Below are positions 61,118 through 64,000 of a stretch of 64,000 bases of DNA, piece by piece. Within the stretch, counting starts at the first letter, position 1. Every line of letters begins with the position of its first letter. The stretch is from Acidimicrobiia bacterium (GTDB lineage: Bacteria; Actinomycetota; Acidimicrobiia; Spongiisociales; ZC4RG35). The notes under the pieces were generated by a model. That model was not told the origin of the DNA. It saw only the letters and a list, made by a program, of their open reading frames with translations, and searched no databases. Made by a program: the position numbers and the translations under genes. Location of the stretch: the NCBI GenBank assembly GCA_965203555.1, contig CBDBCY010000004.1:736001-800000 (forward strand). Reading direction: 5' to 3'.

Positions 61118-62010
61118 CCCCGGGCGGCCAAACGCTCAGCTGGTTCCAGGGTTCCTATCTCGATGCCCGCCATGGGCGCTCCCAGGCCTCGCGAGGCTTC
61201 AGCCACCATCTCCGGCCGATCCCAGAAGGTCGTGGCCTCCACGATGGCGGCGGCATAGGCGGCCGGGTCGGAGCTTTTGAATATCCCGCTGCCCACAAAC
61301 ACCCCGTCGCAACCCAGCGCCATCATCAACGCCGCGTCGGCGGGAGTGGCGAGCCCTCCGGCCGCGAAGTTCACCACCGGTAAACGCCCCAATTCCGCCA
61401 CTTCCCCGACCAGTTCAACGGGAACTCGCATCTGTTGAGCCTGCCGGGCCATCTCCTCGTCGGACAGGTCGGCCAAACCTTCTATCTGGCTGGTAATGGC
61501 CCGCATGTGCCGTACCGCCTCCACCACATTCCCGGTGCCGGCTTCGCCCTTGGTTCGAATCATGGCTGCCCCCTCGGCGAGTCGCCGCAACCCCTCGCCA
61601 AGATCGCGGGCGCCACACACAAAGGGAGTGGTGAAGGGCCACTTGTCGACATGGTGTTCCTCATCGGCGGGAGTGAGTACCTCCGACTCGTCGATATAGT
61701 CCACCCCCAGAGTCTCCAATACCCTGGCTTCCAGGAAATGTCCGATCCGGCACTTCGCCATTACCGGTATGGTCACCGCGCCCATGATCTCGGTGACCTT
61801 GCCGGGATTGGCCATCCGAGCCACTCCCCCATCCTTGCGGATGTCGGAAGGAACCCGCTCCAGGGCCATCACCGCCACCGCACCCGCCTCTTCGGCGATC
61901 CGCGCCTGATCGGCGGTGACCACATCCATGATCACCCCGCCCTTGAGCATGTCGGCCAGTCCCCGCTTCACCAACTCGGTCCCGGTCTTCATACCATTGC
62001 TCTGCTCCAT
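61111..62010 (-). CDS. pdxS: PLP synthase lyase subunit
   Basis: [36 protein letters not shown]; TACGCT-N7-ATG start. Confidence 0.97.
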   Translation of the reverse strand: MEQSNGMKTGTELVKRGLADMLKGGVIMDVVTADQARIAEEAGAVAVMALERVPSDIRKDGGVARMANPGKVTEIMGAVTIPVMAKCRIGHFLEARVLETLGVDYIDESEVLTPADEEHHVDKWPFTTPFVCGARDLGEGLRRLAEGAAMIRTKGEAGTGNVVEAVRHMRAITSQIEGLADLSDEEMARQAQQMRVPVELVGEVAELGRLPVVNFAAGGLATPADAALMMALGCDGVFVGSGIFKSSDPAAYAAAIVEATTFWDRPEMVAEASRGLGAPMAGIEIGTLEPAERLAARGW

Positions 62011-62149
62011 CCGCCATAGCGTACCAACCTCACCGTCGCCCCCGTCCACAATACGTACTCCGACAAACCACGCCCTCTCTCCATTACCCCAGAAACCAAC
62101 TCCGTCGGCCACCGCCAAGTCTCCCGTCAGAACCCACCCATGTTCTGAT

Positions 62150-62534
62150 TCCTGGTCCACCAAATCAAACCGGTTGTTGTACTTCCGAGCCACCTCCGCC
62201 ACATAGAGGAGCGTGTACTGTCGCCGGTAGTGGTAGTGTCAACCTATGAGGCCCGTTCGAGCGGTGACCAGATGGCCCTCGATGGTGTTGGTATGCACCA
62301 TCCCGTCCGGCGCGTTTGTAGGCCTTGCCGGGGCTTCCTGCCGATATACGCCTCGTCCGCCTCCACAATGCCCTGTAGCAGTACCCTGCCTTGGCGGGTG
62401 GCCATCTCAGCCTGTATCCGAGCCTGCAAGTACCATTCCGACTTCTGGTTCATGCCCCATGTCGCCCCCAAGCTGGTTACTCGACAGGCTTTCCTTGATA
62501 GAAACACGCCCCCTCTCCGATCGAGTCCTCCCAC
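62150..62534 (-). pseudogene. Degenerate IS1595-family (ISXO2-like) transposase fragment
   Basis: MNQKSEWYLQARIQAEM...LQGIVEADEAYIG, then frameshifted HTNTIEG / IWSPLERA* / [12 protein letters not shown]; middle of the gene is missing. Confidence 0.8.
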
Positions 62535-62673
62535 CGTGTTCTAGTGGCCACCGGCCCGAATCCTGACTGATTGCCCAAGGGGTGGTCCGGGTACAATGGG
62601 AGGTAGAGGGACAGGTTGGTCAAGTCGAGAAGCTACTTGTCCAAAAGGCGGAGCGCACAGGGGTGCAGATGCG

Positions 62674-63645
62674 ATGGGTGTTGGTGACACAGGTTTTGTT
62701 CCTACTTTGGCGGAGGCGGAACGCGCTGCCAAGGTGGTAGCTGGTGCGGGCGCCGGTCGGGTGTTGTTGTTCGGGTCGGTTGCCCGGGGCGAGGCTCACC
62801 GTCACAGTGACATCGACCTGATGGTGATTTACGACGACCTTGATTACGGCGCTCGGCATCATCTCGCCATCGAACTGAAGCGTATGGCGCGTGCTGAGGT
62901 GGGCTGTTCTGTGGATGTTCATCTCACTGATCGTCCGGAGTGGAAGATGCGCACCGAACAGGTGGTCACATCTTTTGAGAACCGGGTCAAGAGCCAGGCG
63001 CTGTTGCTGGTGGACAAGAAACCTGGAAAGGTCGATTGGGACAAGGAGATGGTCATGCCGACAAGCGATTATGAAGAAGCGGTGGAGCGTCTCCACCAGG
63101 TAAGGAACGCGCTGATGACCATCTCGGCCAGCCTGGACCCGACCTCTTACCAACAACTCCTGGAGGAAACCGGCCAGGAGATAGAGGCATTCGCCGAATA
63201 CGAACAGAGACTCGCCACGGGATGCGCGGCTGGGCACCTCACTGTGGAGACGGCCCTGAAGGCGCTGATCCATCTAACGGGTTCCCCAAAGGCTCAACCG
63301 TGGGGTCATAAGATCGACAAGCTGCTTTGTCAACTCCCCGAACCGCACAGGAACGAGATCGATACGCGTCTAGCCGCTGTTGGAGTCACGGATCTTCAGA
63401 AGTGGCAGCAACAGGCCCGCTACGAACGATTTGTCAAACCCTCGCCCGAGGTGTTCACGGAGATAACCGAAGCGGCCTGCAGGGTGGCTCTATACACCGC
63501 CGACCAGTTCCCGCCGCACCTGGACATCGCCACCAGCTTTTGGAGAAGGGTGTCTTACATAGAACAGGTGATCGCTAGTCGCGACCTCTACACAGGCCGA
63601 GACCGAGACGAGCGGGACGACCCGGGGCTTTCCTTCGATCTGTAG
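62674..63645 (+). CDS. Minimal nucleotidyltransferase-HEPN fusion protein
   Basis: LFGSVARGE....SDIDL (GSx10DxD); C-terminal ETALKALI...GHKIDKLL...ARY, like HEPN (PF05168 type); TACAAT at 62592. Confidence 0.8.
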   Translation: MGVGDTGFVPTLAEAERAAKVVAGAGAGRVLLFGSVARGEAHRHSDIDLMVIYDDLDYGARHHLAIELKRMARAEVGCSVDVHLTDRPEWKMRTEQVVTSFENRVKSQALLLVDKKPGKVDWDKEMVMPTSDYEEAVERLHQVRNALMTISASLDPTSYQQLLEETGQEIEAFAEYEQRLATGCAAGHLTVETALKALIHLTGSPKAQPWGHKIDKLLCQLPEPHRNEIDTRLAAVGVTDLQKWQQQARYERFVKPSPEVFTEITEAACRVALYTADQFPPHLDIATSFWRRVSYIEQVIASRDLYTGRDRDERDDPGLSFDL

Positions 63646-63655
63646 TCTGGGAGGG

Positions 63656-64000
63656 ATGGCTGAGAGAAGCGCCGCCGAGAAAGTAATGATCCGCTGGCGA
63701 CGGGCAAACAGTCCCGATACCCCACCGGCGGAGTTGGCAAGGTTGGCAACTGATCCCGACCCGTGGGTGCGGAGGGCTGTCGCGGAGAACCCGTCCACTC
63801 CGCCCGAGGTTCGGCAGCGGTTGAAGGAGGATCCCGACCCGAAAGTGCAGAAGGCAGCCACCATCGCCTGCCAGACCCAGGCGTGGGCTCTGGCCCAACC
63901 CGTAAAGCGGGTCACATTCGGATGGTTAGGACCCTGGTGGACAATCGCCACCGCGGTGGCGGTAGGAATGACCATCGGGGCAACGGTGGTGTGGCTCCTG
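63656..64000 (+). CDS. LRV/HEAT-like repeat membrane protein (runs off the window; absent from the ORF track)
   Basis: GGGAGG SD; MAERSAAEK...TPPAELARLATDPDPWVRRAVAENPSTPPEVRQRLKEDPDPKVQ followed by a hydrophobic segment. Confidence 0.65.
   Translation, partial: MAERSAAEKVMIRWRRANSPDTPPAELARLATDPDPWVRRAVAENPSTPPEVRQRLKEDPDPKVQKAATIACQTQAWALAQPVKRVTFGWLGPWWTIATAVAVGMTIGATVVWLL

Overview
GC-rich chromosomal segment of an actinobacterium, most likely class Acidimicrobiia. That assignment is an inference from gene content: eno-ftsB-DUF501-ppx, sodN/sodX, korAB, ppgK, pdxST-yebC-ruvCAB-queA-tgt-yajC-secDF-rel-hisS-aspS-rarA, SLH-domain proteins and Thr-rich lipoproteins. Most of the window is housekeeping genes on the minus strand. 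Accessory genes are interspersed: an SLH-anchored zinc metalloprotease, a Liv-type ABC transporter whose binding protein is an internal 1,203-bp tandem duplication, duplicated EamA transporters, a NucS-like nuclease, and, at the right end, an IS1595 remnant, an MNT-HEPN fusion and an LRV-repeat protein. I found no rRNA, tRNA or CRISPR array. The most intriguing item is an easily overlooked 99-aa ORF (41656-41955) that resembles a divergent GroES by eye and ends in GQYL, the actinobacterial proteasome-docking motif; it is a candidate undescribed proteasome cap. Other points of note are a Ni-hook Pro-to-Phe variant of NiSOD, a hairpin-sequestered leader ORF in front of the Liv operon, a small membrane gene facing an orphan promoter, and a window-wide leaderless-promoter signature that I used to choose start codons. 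All family assignments come from motifs recognised by eye; no searches were run.
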